This document shows positions 35,738-47,100 of a stretch of 64,000 nt of DNA, in pieces; within the stretch, counting starts at the first letter, position 1, and each line of letters begins with the position of its first letter. The notes below the pieces were generated by a model that saw nothing but the letters and a program-made list of their open reading frames with translations, was not told the origin of the DNA and made no database searches. Both the position numbers and the translations under genes were made by a program. The DNA comes from Macrostomum lignano (Eukaryota), in NCBI GenBank assembly GCA_002269645.1, contig NIVC01001877.1, positions 1 through 64,000 on the forward strand, given 5' to 3'.

Positions 35738-38035
35738 CAGGTAATTTAGCTTGCTTGACGAAAAGTAAGTAAATGAAAGTAATAATCAACATGAACTCTG
35801 CGAGCATTCGGTTTTATCAATGCCGATGCATTTCTTCCACAATGGACATCGTTAGGGGCTCACAAAATTTATTAAACGAAGTAAGAAGTTGTTCTTATTC
35901 GAGATTCGAGAAGTTGTAACATTGACAAAGGATTAAAAGTTAATTACAAAACTGGGCACACAAGTTTGGGTGGATAGGCATGGTACATATCAAATCAGTC
36001 CAGTCGGGTTGACCACCAAGACATTCTAGAACCAACGAGACGAGCTAACACTATTCGCAAAACACTTACAAACCAACAATGGTCAAAATTCAAAGCACTG
36101 AGACTGCATGGCAACCACAGAAAGTTTTCTGATTAATACATTAAACCATTAGAACTCCAGTGGAAACACGTGAATGTTATGTCTAAACACTTAGGCTGGG
36201 CTTTTAGGGTTTGAAAAACCTGCCTGGCTCACCCTGTTGTTGAAGGTGTCAGACGAGTACACGATCGAGGGGGTCATCAGCGATTTCCTGGGCGAGTGGC
36301 CAGCGTAGAAATGAGTCACCCGGCCCGGGTTCTCCGCCCTGGTGCTGTTGCCAAACACTAGGAAGCCAGTGACCGTGAAGTTCAAAGGAAAGTAGATCCG
36401 GACTCATTTGTTGCCGTTCGGGTGGGCACCCTGAGCTGAGCGACATCAGGCCCTGATCAGTGTCGCTGCTGCCGAGGACGACCCAGGAGACGGGGAAATA
36501 GCGGCCGAGGCCCATCAACGACCGGCTGAGCTGGTCGAGCTGGGCGACACCTGCCGATGCAGGGAAAGAATTTTGAGGACATTGTTACGCAATCAGCGGA
36601 GCAAACGATCGAGAGGAAGAGATTGATTTGCGCTAAGTTTCTTATCTATAAATCTTATCTATCTTATCTATCTATGAATAGAAGTATGACCAACTAAAGT
36701 TGTTGCCCACGGCTCTTATTGATCTGCACTTCATCATCTGCGGCCCAGACTGTTGCCCCTGCAGCGCTGCAGGAGGTGATGATTATTCTAATAAGGAGTT
36801 TCAGCATTGATGTCTTCAGTCTTCAGAATAATTGTAATTTAATTTAGGATTTTGCGCGTTGGTTAGGGCCCTAATAAGCGTCACGTTTTATACTAATCGG
36901 CATCTTGTTAAGAACCTGGCTAAATCTTAAGGATGGAAGGAATTGCTTTTTTTCTATTTTACCCAGCAAGATGTCACAAACTGTCTTCTTTTAAATGCTA
37001 ATAGAATCGATTCCATCCATCGATTCAAAGTCAACTAAAGCATCTGATGTGGATGGACTCTTACTAAGTATATCCATGTCTATGGCCCTGACCTCCACCG
37101 TCTACGTGCTAAGAGGCAGGGCGATTAAATATATTGTTTTAAGCTCCTTAGCTCGCCATCAGAGCAGCCCAAGTTACATTATACCAAAGCATATAACAGC
37201 ATCAGTTCTTGAATTGAAGAAGCTACCGCGGGAATACTAGGCTACCAGAGGGGGGGTGTTTTGTGATACAATAATTGTGTAACTGTGTAAAAAATGTCTC
37301 GAAGACAATTGAAGCCAATTGACAGGCATAACAGGAGCGGCTCTCACCTACTTAGGCCAGCTACTGAAGTGTCTAACTAGTACAGAGAAAGGCAGCTAAA
37401 CCTTTTGGGAGCGGTGTAATGGAAAAGGAAGAGTTAAAGGCAAAACGCATCTTCGCTGCGCACCTGCAGGGCTTGAAATAGAGCAGTTGTGCAAACGTAA
37501 TCTGGAAACAATTCAATTCTGATTCCACCGCAAATTTGTGGTGACACAAATATTCACATGAAATTTCGAACATGTTTACTCGCAGTTGTAGTTAACTCAA
37601 ATGCAATGAAGTGTTACATGCACGTGAAACTGTAGTAAAGCAATTCTACCCACGTAGCTGTTATCAATTTATTCAATTTATTCTGAGTTCTCGCCTGCAT
37701 GTTCGTCTGTTTGCCTTAACCAAGTCGCGAACCTGATAATCGTCAGCTTGGCAACGCTAATGGCCAATTGTTTGCTCAGGATAATGCCGGACAAATAAAT
37801 TGCAGTTTAAACAGACTGACACGACAATCGCGCTTTCTAACTGTGAGTCGGAAGGCTCAGATGCAGTTGATGGAGACCGCTGATGGGCAAACATTTTATT
37901 AGCCACCGTGTATGCAGTCTATCGATCGCAAACACTGGAAATAAGCGAAGATATAATTTCATTTAGGATATAACTGTTGATGAGCGTGTCCAGAGCTCTG
38001 AACCGTTTTGATCAGTGCAGAGAAAGCTTAGCGCC

Positions 38036-39340
38036 ATGGCTCTGCTACGAAATCTCTCAGCCGTTCTTACTGTTCTTGCTGTCTGTTTCTTCTGCAACAG
38101 CTATGGTTGGGTGGACCACCAGGCTAACGTGATACAGTACTTGAAGAACAACATCACCAATTACAGTCCCCTGCTCCTGCCCAAGGTGGAGCCGAAAGCT
38201 AAAATTGCTGTCAGGATGGACACTCTGCTAACCCACATTACTGCGGTCGACACGGCGAAGCAGACGATACGTGTAAGCGCATTGCTTCAAGGAAAATGGG
38301 AAGAGGAGCGGCTGGTTTGGAATTCGAGCAAATTCGGTAATGTTACCGTTATTAATTGGAAAGTTGATGAAATCTGGAGCCCTTTGATTTTGATGTACAA
38401 CGGTGTAGGACAGGATCAGGTGCTGCAATCAAAAACGCCAGTTTTCCTAACGTCGCGATCACCCAACTTAACCCAAGTCACGGCTCTATGGCGTCGCGAG
38501 TTCGAATTCACGTGCAAGTTTGACGTAAGCCAGTTTCCCGTGGACATGCACGACTGCTCTATATCATTCTGCTTCATCGATCCTGAACGGAACAATTCTG
38601 TGGTACAACCTGAGGTCAACAAACTGTTTCCGTATAACCCGCTAGTTCTATACCAAAATAGCAGCGAATGGACACTTCTGAACTTCTCCACGTCTGCAGA
38701 GTTCAAGGAGTACGCTCTGGTTCAAGGTTCGAGAAAGGCGCTGCTTCCAACGTACGAATTAAGGCTTCAGATCTGTCGAGTATCAAATTATTACTTCGTG
38801 AACATCATTGCACCGCTCATTTTGTTGTCTGTTCTTCAAGTGCTGGTGTACTTTGTGCCACTGGAGTCCGGTGAGAAGCTGGGATTCGGCATCACAATCA
38901 TGCTCAGCTACACTGTGTTCCTGCTGCTCCTGGACGGCATTCTACCAAAGTCACAAAAGCTGCCATTTGTAGCATATTTCATCACGTCTGCGATGATTCT
39001 GTCCACAGGATCTCTCCTACTGACTTCTTTGACAATGCGACTTCACCTCACGCCTGGAGATGATGGAATGCCAACCTGCCTTAGAGTCGTTCTCGTCCGG
39101 TTTCTAGGCCGTCTGCTGTGCGTGAAAGGTAGCGACGCGACGGTTCGGACGGAAAATAGCGACAATAGCCGGACCAACGTTAGAAAAGTGGATGAAGACG
39201 CCAGCCGGATTCAATCGGATTGGACGGTGGCAACAAAGTCTGTCGAGCGGCTGATGGTAGCTCTGGGTGTTGCAGCCACAGCCGCCCTGCTGGGTGGCCT
39301 CATCATCAAGCCCTACTGGGGTTCGCCGCACAAATGCTGA
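38036..39340 (+). CDS. Intronless Cys-loop ligand-gated ion channel subunit 1 (nAChR-like, non-alpha, cation pore), 434 aa
   Basis: Signal peptide, WxP..YN, Cys loop CKFDVSQFPVDMHDC, M1-M4, and M2 GEKLGFGITIMLSYTVFLLLL. Single open frame. Confidence 0.95.
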   Translation: MALLRNLSAVLTVLAVCFFCNSYGWVDHQANVIQYLKNNITNYSPLLLPKVEPKAKIAVRMDTLLTHITAVDTAKQTIRVSALLQGKWEEERLVWNSSKFGNVTVINWKVDEIWSPLILMYNGVGQDQVLQSKTPVFLTSRSPNLTQVTALWRREFEFTCKFDVSQFPVDMHDCSISFCFIDPERNNSVVQPEVNKLFPYNPLVLYQNSSEWTLLNFSTSAEFKEYALVQGSRKALLPTYELRLQICRVSNYYFVNIIAPLILLSVLQVLVYFVPLESGEKLGFGITIMLSYTVFLLLLDGILPKSQKLPFVAYFITSAMILSTGSLLLTSLTMRLHLTPGDDGMPTCLRVVLVRFLGRLLCVKGSDATVRTENSDNSRTNVRKVDEDASRIQSDWTVATKSVERLMVALGVAATAALLGGLIIKPYWGSPHKC

Positions 39341-40147
39341 CTTGGATTTGCACTTTTGCAGCTAACAGTTGCACTGAAGGTCACATCTTTCTCTGTTTTT
39401 GAGGATCCAGCGCGAGAAAATGCGCATCACGCATCATTATTCTAAAAGAAACAATTTATTAGAAATCTATTTATATTTTTGCCTAATAAGGCACTACTGC
39501 TATCTGCTACATTTTCTGCACACCAGTACTTCTTCTGTCTGAATAATCTTCAATATAACGATAATGTCACCAAAAAGACAAGTTAGCAAAAAAAATTTTT
39601 TGCTACAATGAGTAGTTTAGAATGTTTGATAAAGCAAGTAACGTAATTGAGTCAATAAAGAAAAGGGCCGTTGTTAATCTGCGATGAGATCGGTTAGTGG
39701 GCTTGGCTTTCCGTCCGACAAACCCTCATCATTCTTACCTGCTCATTGCTGCGACAGCGAAACAATTAATGATGGTTAATTGAAAGGCACTAGAACGGCC
39801 ACTGAAATAGGTTTGGGCATCAATCATGGCTTCCATTTTTTCATCTGAATTGATTATTAATCAGCTCGTCTACATGTATATGATTGTGCGCGACCGTTTG
39901 CTTGATTTCCCTATTCAAATCAATCAATCACTTTGTATAGTTGTTACCTCTCAGGTAGGCATTGTGTTAGAAGCACCACTCAAATGTGCATGCTGTATGT
40001 GCGTGACTCCCGTGAGAAGCCACACAGCTAGCCAATCAATTTCATACAAACCCTTTGTTTGGACAGACTCCATATTTATAACAAAAGTAGGCTGAATTTC
40101 TCTTGAGAACCGAGGCATACCAAAGCAGAACTAGCTGACAGTCAAAC

Positions 40148-41452
40148 ATGAAACCAACTCTGTTTGCTATTTTCGTCACACTATTGCTGACAGCGGCTGG
40201 TGTCCAGGGACAGCAGGACTTCGAGGGTGAACTTGACACGTATTTAAAGAACAACATCAGCTATTTCAGTCCGAATCTGTTGCCAAGAATTAACAAGGAC
40301 AAGGTCATTCAAATCGTAATGGACTCGCTTCTGTGTCAGATTGTGTCTGTGGACACGGCAAAGCAGAGCATAAAAATATCAGCAATCATTCAGGCTGTGT
40401 GGGAGGAGGATCGACTGGTTTGGGATCCGAAGAAGTTTGGCGGCGTGAAAGTGATTAACCGGGACGCGTCAGAGATCTGGTTTCCCGTCATAATAGTTTA
40501 TAATGGAATCGGAGATGGGCAGCTCCTTGAGCCGCAGATGCCGGTAGATCTTTTGTCGACAACAGTGAACAGTACGCAAGTTACTGCAATGTGGCGTCGC
40601 GAGTTCGAATTCGCCTGCCAATTTGACGTGTCAAAATTCCCTTGGGATCAGCACGACTGCGAGTTGGAGTTCTTCTTCAGCGACCAGGGGCACGGAAATT
40701 CGATGGTTATTCCAATAGCGAAGACCAATTACCCATTCAATATAAAGGCGCTATACACAGAGAGCAGCGAGTGGACATTAGTGAATGCATCCTCAAAAGC
40801 TGAATATAGGGCTTACAATTTGATTCGCGGAGTAGCTGCGAAGCAAATGCTCCCATCTTATATCATCAAGGTGCAGTTTAAAAGAGTTTCAACGTACTAT
40901 TTGATAAGCGTAATCACTCCGCTGTTGCTGTTGACTCTGCTTCAAGTGCTGGTGTACTTTGTACCACTCGAATCCGGCGAGAAACTGGGATTCGGCATCA
41001 CAATCATGCTCAGTTATACCGTGTTTCTGCTGCTTCTGGACGGCATCCTGCCGAAGTCGCAGTCAACACCAGCTATTGCATCGTTCATCACGTCTGCCAT
41101 GATCCTGTCAACGGTGTCACTGCTGTTAACTTCGCTAATCATGCGATTTCACTACGCTCCGGAGGGCACCAAGATGCCCGCATGCGCCCGAGGCTTCTTT
41201 GTCCGATTCCTTGGACGCGTGTTCTGCGTGAACGGCTCGTCCAGTGCGCAGGTCGGTGAGACTCCGACTGCTGACGCAGCGGCAAGCGAGTCCAGTGTGC
41301 GCAAGATGGACGACTCAGCTCCCGTGGTGAAGTCGGAATGGATTGTGGCTTCCTACGCGATTGAGAGGCTGATGGTGGGTCTGGGAGTTTTCGCCACAGC
41401 TGCAATCATCGGAGTGTTTGTTTTGAAACCCATGATTCAAAATCAAGACTAA
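40148..41452 (+). CDS. Intronless Cys-loop ligand-gated ion channel subunit 2, 434 aa
   Basis: Signal peptide, Cys loop CQFDVSKFPWDQHDC, four TM helices, same M2 as subunit 1. Confidence 0.95.
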   Translation: MKPTLFAIFVTLLLTAAGVQGQQDFEGELDTYLKNNISYFSPNLLPRINKDKVIQIVMDSLLCQIVSVDTAKQSIKISAIIQAVWEEDRLVWDPKKFGGVKVINRDASEIWFPVIIVYNGIGDGQLLEPQMPVDLLSTTVNSTQVTAMWRREFEFACQFDVSKFPWDQHDCELEFFFSDQGHGNSMVIPIAKTNYPFNIKALYTESSEWTLVNASSKAEYRAYNLIRGVAAKQMLPSYIIKVQFKRVSTYYLISVITPLLLLTLLQVLVYFVPLESGEKLGFGITIMLSYTVFLLLLDGILPKSQSTPAIASFITSAMILSTVSLLLTSLIMRFHYAPEGTKMPACARGFFVRFLGRVFCVNGSSSAQVGETPTADAAASESSVRKMDDSAPVVKSEWIVASYAIERLMVGLGVFATAAIIGVFVLKPMIQNQD

Positions 41453-42579
41453 GCTGTATACGAGCGTAAGAAGAATCTAAAACTGCGCAATGGATTTAGG
41501 ACTGTCTGCTTAAATAATCTTGTTTGAAATTTAACCCATTGCTAACTCAAGAATGAGCCTATTTTTTAAATATTGTTTTGATCTTTTTCGAAACATTTTC
41601 AGTAGATTCGGTCGATAAATAAAGTTTACTAGATTTCAACTTGCACTCTCGCTGTACTCCTTGTCCACCCAAGAAATGCTTATGATCTCAGCTGCACGCA
41701 ATTATGCTTTATCCAGATAAACCCTCTTGAACATTATATTTTCGTTAGCTAGATATAAATGTTGTCGCAACGCCTCACCCAAAAAACGAGACGTAGCTAA
41801 ACTGTTAAAAAATTAAAAATAAACTAGTCATATCACAGCAATTTAAATCTTTGAATTAGTACGTTCGCTATTTTAGAAATAAGACAAAAGCTACATTCTG
41901 GTGACGCTTCTTGCAGCCCTGTTACGCTGCCATCTAAGGACTCGGACATTTGCTGTTGTTGTTGTTTTGACTTCTCGTATCCAGTGGGGAATACCCCGAG
42001 AAAAACAAACAAACCAAACTTGCCAAGTACTTGGTAAGTCAACAATGCAACCTCGTGGCAAGTATCGCCTAAGTACTTTTCAAGTTTTCCAAGTTTATAT
42101 TCGATAGGTACTTTATAAGTACGAGTATGCAATGTTTTCTTAAGTCACTTCTTAAGTACTTTCCAAGTACTTGGATGTAGACAGTTCATGATAATGATAC
42201 TTCCCAAACTTGGTAAGTCAAAAATGTCAACCAAGCACATGTACATGATTGCTGACTTGGGAAGTTTGGCATGTTTTTTCCCGGGACGAGTACATACCAT
42301 TCCTGAATTATTTTACCGTAGTTGTCTAGGGACAAATAAATAGCTCTCTCGATAGACCTAGCGATATTAAGGGAAAATATTGGATATAGCCTAATAAAAT
42401 ATTTGAATGTAAATAATGTCAACCGTTATTTAATACTTTATATTAAGCTTCATTTATATGTCTGCTATGCCTCAGGATTCATTTGTTCTGTATGATAAAG
42501 TACAGTGACTCAGTTCTTTATGTTTATCGTCTAATGTGCTCCATTACTTCTTTAGATATTTATTTAACAGAAATACGTG

Positions 42580-42975
42580 CTCCATTTCTTCACACCCGCT
42601 CCTGGCAAGAGCAGCTTTCCTTGCCCACCATCTGGCGCTGACTGCCAGCCTCTCGGAGCCAAGGGACATGGCCAGGCTGCACTCTGCCTCAATCCCAGAG
42701 TCTGCCGCCTTTTTTACCTGTCTGCCAAGCAGCCGCGAGGTCACGCGCCTCTCGGACATTGAGCTGTCCATCTCTTGCCGCTTCGATGACGCCACGGTGG
42801 CAGCTTTCGAGCGCGGGCAGCCGTTGCTTGGGACGCGACTATATCACGCACACCTGCTTCCCAAGTCACCTGCATGCCTCTACCGTCCGCCCACAGCGCA
42901 GCTGCCACCTCGGTCGAGGCCCGCAAATCGGCCAAGTGCACCGACCTAGGCGACCACCACGCATTCCGCCCGGTC
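42580..42975 (+). mobile_element. Internally deleted, frameshifted CRE-type non-LTR retrotransposon fragment (restriction-like endonuclease region)
   Basis: Reads ARLHSASIPESAAFFTCLPSS..RLSD, then RGQPL-WDAT...AA..EARKSAK..LGDHHAFRPVG, resembling CRE-clade C-terminal motifs recalled from memory. Confidence 0.6.
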
Positions 42976-43326
42976 GGTAACGATCGGTATAATTGTTATT
43001 TCTAAACCATTTCTGCTCTTTTTTCTTCAACATCTAACACAGATTTATCCATTAAGCTTGCACGAGCTATATTCCATAGCTTTGCTGAGAAAGGAATATT
43101 ATTAATCAAACTAAATAATTTATCAGAGACTCATCAAATATCTCGGTAGTAATTTAATGACACTGGCGCTGCATTACGTTCTTGTGTCAATAGCGATAAA
43201 AGCCGTCTCTATCTGTCCAATAAAATAAAAGCAGCGAACGGATTCTCAGGCGATCTTTGAGCCTAACCTGTAACTGGTCGGGCTGAAACGGCATTAGGAC
43301 TATTTTAGCAGACATACCAGTTGTCT

Positions 43327-44643
43327 ATGCGATCAGCAATGCACTGCAGAATGAGACAAAAAATGTTATTCTCGTTCATCCTGCTGGTTTCGGTCTTAGC
43401 CTCGACACTAGCTACTGATTACGATGTCCTGCTAATGCAGCACCTGAACAACAAAGTTGCAAACTACAGCCAATTTATTTTGCCAATACTAAACAAGACA
43501 AACAAAGTCAACGTGTCGTTAGACATCATGGTCAGCCATTTAGTCTCAGTGGACACTGCCAAGCAGAACATCAAAATCGCTGCCTACGTTCAAGTCAGCT
43601 GGGAAGAGGAGCGACTCGTGTGGAATCCTGCCGACTTTGGTGGCGTCAGTTCTACTAGCTGGGACCCTGCAAAAATTTGGTACCCAATCATCATGACATA
43701 CAACGGTAACGGCGATGAACAGATTCTGATTCCTCGAATCCGACTTACACTGATGTCTAAGAGTTCAAGCGTGACGACGGTTACTTCATCCTGGCGCCGG
43801 GAGTTCGAATTTTTTTGCCAATTCAACATGTCCGACTTTCCGTACGACCAGCACACTTGCGAGCTGCTGTTCTTCCTTGCAACTGACGCCAATCCTGATG
43901 CAGTGCGGCCTGTTCGCAGCGCAATGCCCATGCGGGTGACAGGAATCTACAAGCCTAGCAACGAGTGGATATTGAAAAATGCAGTAGCAGATTGGGAAAC
44001 CAAAAAATATTTTATAATCGAAGGACACAATGAGACCGAACTTTCGACCTTTGTTCTGCGATTGCACTTGAAGCGAGTGTCAACGTACTATTTCATCAAC
44101 ATCATCACGCCTTTGTTGCTCCTAACTTTGCTTCAAGTGCTAGTGTACTTTCTGCCCCTGGAGTCCGGTGAGAAGCTGGGATTCGGCATCACAATCATGC
44201 TCAGCTACACCGTGTTCTTGCTGCTTCTGGACGGAATCCTGCCGAAGTCGCACAAGATGCCCGCCATCGCCCTGTTCATCACGGCCGCCATGATGCTGTC
44301 TACCGTGTCGCTGCTGCTGACATCGCTGGTCATGCTGTTCCACTTCAGACCGGAGGGCAGCCGCATGCCGAAATGCGCTCGGACGGTCTTTGTTCGATGC
44401 CTGGGCCGCCTTCTCTGCGTCAGCGGCGCCACAGCGTCACAGGTGGGCCAGCAGAATCCGGCTGAGGCTGAGGGCGACGGCGACGGAGTTCAGAAACCGC
44501 CTGCAGCGGAACAGAAATCGGTCGGTTCAGACTGGGTGGTGGCCGCCCGCGCGATCGAGAGATTCTTGTCGCTGTTCGGAGTGGTTGCTACCGCCGTCAT
44601 AATTGTAGTCTTTCTGATGGGGCCGTATCTTCAGTTTTCTTAA
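43327..44643 (+). CDS. Intronless Cys-loop ligand-gated ion channel subunit 3 (start may be 43351 or 43363)
   Basis: Signal peptide, Cys loop CQFNMSDFPYDQHTC, four TM helices, same M2 as subunits 1 and 2. Confidence 0.95.
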   Translation: MRSAMHCRMRQKMLFSFILLVSVLASTLATDYDVLLMQHLNNKVANYSQFILPILNKTNKVNVSLDIMVSHLVSVDTAKQNIKIAAYVQVSWEEERLVWNPADFGGVSSTSWDPAKIWYPIIMTYNGNGDEQILIPRIRLTLMSKSSSVTTVTSSWRREFEFFCQFNMSDFPYDQHTCELLFFLATDANPDAVRPVRSAMPMRVTGIYKPSNEWILKNAVADWETKKYFIIEGHNETELSTFVLRLHLKRVSTYYFINIITPLLLLTLLQVLVYFLPLESGEKLGFGITIMLSYTVFLLLLDGILPKSHKMPAIALFITAAMMLSTVSLLLTSLVMLFHFRPEGSRMPKCARTVFVRCLGRLLCVSGATASQVGQQNPAEAEGDGDGVQKPPAAEQKSVGSDWVVAARAIERFLSLFGVVATAVIIVVFLMGPYLQFS

Positions 44644-45387
44644 TGAAACTTGACTAACTGAGATTTGAAAGCTTATGAAAGGCATTGACATTCTATTGAC
44701 TACCCTATTCATTGATACTGTTTGCAGTGGTTTTTGTTTTATTTTCTGAATTGGATTTCTGGGAATTTTTTGGCTCTGAAATTTAGGAAGCAGGCATTGA
44801 TCCCCGGGCTTACTTGGGCAGTGAGGTGACTAGATAGATCTGTAGTGAAAGATGCGCGATCTTTTTTTTTCATACACAGGCTAATGCCAACTGCGGAAGG
44901 GCTTGAATAAACCAAAGTAACTAGTCACCGTTGCCATTGGATACGCACTAGTCAAGCGCTAAATGCAGGCACTGGAAATAGGCTCGGCGTTTTGCTAATG
45001 CAATTAACGTTTGGGCAAATATTTGAATAGCGAGCCATGCGGCCCGTTCATCCAGTTGCCATGGGTGGGTGCTAAACCTGCTTCAGTTGCAGAGTAAACA
45101 GTCTGTATTTCAGCGAGAGCAGAAATCAAATGTGTAATTAACTTAGCTCGATCCAATTCTTCCTAGCTAGTTAATTAACGGTAGCTAGGAGAGGAAAGCT
45201 TAAGTGCTCTCCCTATAACTGCTCTTCTGCAATTCTAAGGCAATTCTGCCCATTCCGCCGACTCCTAAGCACATAATTTTTTTTTATTAGAAGCAGGGGG
45301 GTTGTGTGCACCCTGGCGCACTTTAAGCGACATTGGCACACAACCGGCGAGAGGCGTTACTGCCCATTCCGCCGACTCCCCTGAGCA

Positions 45388-45637
45388 GGCACACAAGCGC
45401 GCGGATACGTACGCAGGCACACACTCACACAGGAGTGTACAGCGGCCCTAACTTTATTTTATCGTTAGGCATGTACATTTCACTGCGCCTTGGGGGGTTG
45501 GCTCTCAAGGCCGTTAATTGCACGAGCAGAGCCAAGCCGAGATTCCAATTCAGCCCCAAATTAATGCGACTGCACTTGGAATCGAGCCTGGGTCGCTGGC
45601 ACACCAGAGCCTGCGCTAGACCGCTGGGCTACGGCCC
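45388..45637 (-). mobile_element. tRNA-derived SINE
   Basis: Minus-strand head GGGCCGTAGCCCAGCGG..GGCTCGATTCC, followed by the core shared with 34149-34433. Confidence 0.7.
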
Positions 45638-45647
45638 ACTCAACCAA

Positions 45648-45882
45648 GCACACACAAGCGCGCCAATACTGTAAGCAGGCACGCACTCGTGCACACGCTC
45701 ACACAGGGCCCCTTTTTGACTTTCTAATCGTCAGGGGATGCACACTCTCTGCGCCTTGGGGTTAGGCCCTCATGTGGGCGAGAATCGCAGGACAACCCCT
45801 TGGGCCAACTTTCGTGCACAGGCCCGATATGCATGCGGGCCGCGTACGGAATCGAACCAGTCACGTGGAGCGAGAGTCTACC
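45648..45882 (-). mobile_element. tRNA-derived SINE with 5'-truncated head, tandem to the previous copy
   Basis: B-box GGTTCGATTCC; the core tttgactttctaatcgtc..acactctctgcgccttgg is nearly identical to 34235-34280. Confidence 0.7.
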
Positions 45883-46775
45883 GAAATCTTCGGGACTTTA
45901 GAGCCTTCCGAACTGGCAAAAGAAATCGGCCAGAATTCGAAATCAAATCAGAATTCAAGCTTCCATTTAAACTCGTACTGTTAAAAAAATTATCCCTTAA
46001 AAAAGTTTTTTTGAGGGCAGAGAAGCAGGAATTACAGATCCAAATTGTATGTGTAACATGTAAATATTAGACAGGCGAATTATAATTACATCAATTTTTT
46101 CCAGAAAAAACATGAATAGCTACAAAAAATTCGTAAAAATACATTTTAGAGCTACAAAGTCCGAAGTCCATGAGATTTTCGTGCAGTGCATTTAGCCGTG
46201 TGCCAGATTTTGTCTGAATCGCGTTGGCCCCCAATTCTTTGTGAGTCTTACTAAAGAGAGATTCACCCACTAAAAACGTTCCGGTAGTGACTGCATATTA
46301 AATTCATGCTTTTGTTGTGGGAGAGGTTTTCATTTCTATATACATGTAGGGGTACATTTACATCGGTCAGCCATCAATACATGCATATACCATGTCGCCT
46401 TGTTCCCTATAGCTCTTTTCTAAGAATCGATGGCAATTATTGGGCTCATACATGTTGGTCTTAATACCACCTTTTCCACACAATGACGTTTCCTTATCGA
46501 CTGTTTAATTCCACGGTCGGAGCACGAAAGCGGCCTGATGCAAACACCAATGTGGGGGAACGAGGCACGCAAGCCCCATAAAACCCTGTAGACTTGGGAC
46601 AATAAAAACGAATTTTAAGGGAAAAGCGATCGCCATTATGAATAAAGATAAAAGAAACCACAGAAGATAAAAAATTGGCTCTGCGCAAACAGACAAGGCG
46701 AGCCAACACAACGCGAGAAGACCTTAAAACCAGATCGGGGGGAGGTGGATGCGCACGGGGCAGAGGGACGAGAGA

Positions 46776-47100
46776 GAGTCGCAAAAGTGGCAAAAGTTGC
46801 CTGCCATCGCCCTGTTCATCACGGCCGCCATGGTGCTGTCCACCGTGTCGCTGCTGCTGACATCGCTGGTCATGCTGTTCCACTTCAGGCTGGAGGGCAG
46901 CCGCATGCCGGGATGTACTCGGGCTGTCTTTGTTCGATGCCTGGTGGGCCGACTGCTCTGCGTCAGTACCGTAACGTCACCACGTCACCAACGTCACCAC
47001 GATTCGGACATGAGTCGTCGCGGCACGCGCAATTGAGCGGATTATTTCGCTGTTCGGAGTGGTTGCTACTGCTGCCATCATCGGCTTGTTTTTACTGTAG
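46776..47100 (+). pseudogene. Truncated fourth Cys-loop receptor copy (M3 to M4 only), closest to subunit 3
   Basis: PAIALFITAAMVLSTVSLLLTSLVMLFHFRLEGSRMP, then after a frameshift RAIERIISLFGVVATAAII. No extracellular domain, M1 or M2 is seen upstream. Confidence 0.88.

Larger units (their letters stand above)
33700..36550 (-). pseudogene. Disabled two-exon fragment resembling a discoidin (F5/8C) plus C-type lectin protein; exons about 36550-36233 and 34079-33700
   Basis: Exon A reads K*VRIYFPLNFTVTGFLVFGN..RVTHFYAGHS, F5/8C-like with TGA at the Trp position. A phase-0 GT-AG join leads to exon B, which after a 1-nt shift reads CPNGWMVSLHSCWYLVEIRVTWTAASQFCSEH, a CTL domain start. Domain calls are by eye. 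Confidence 0.5.
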
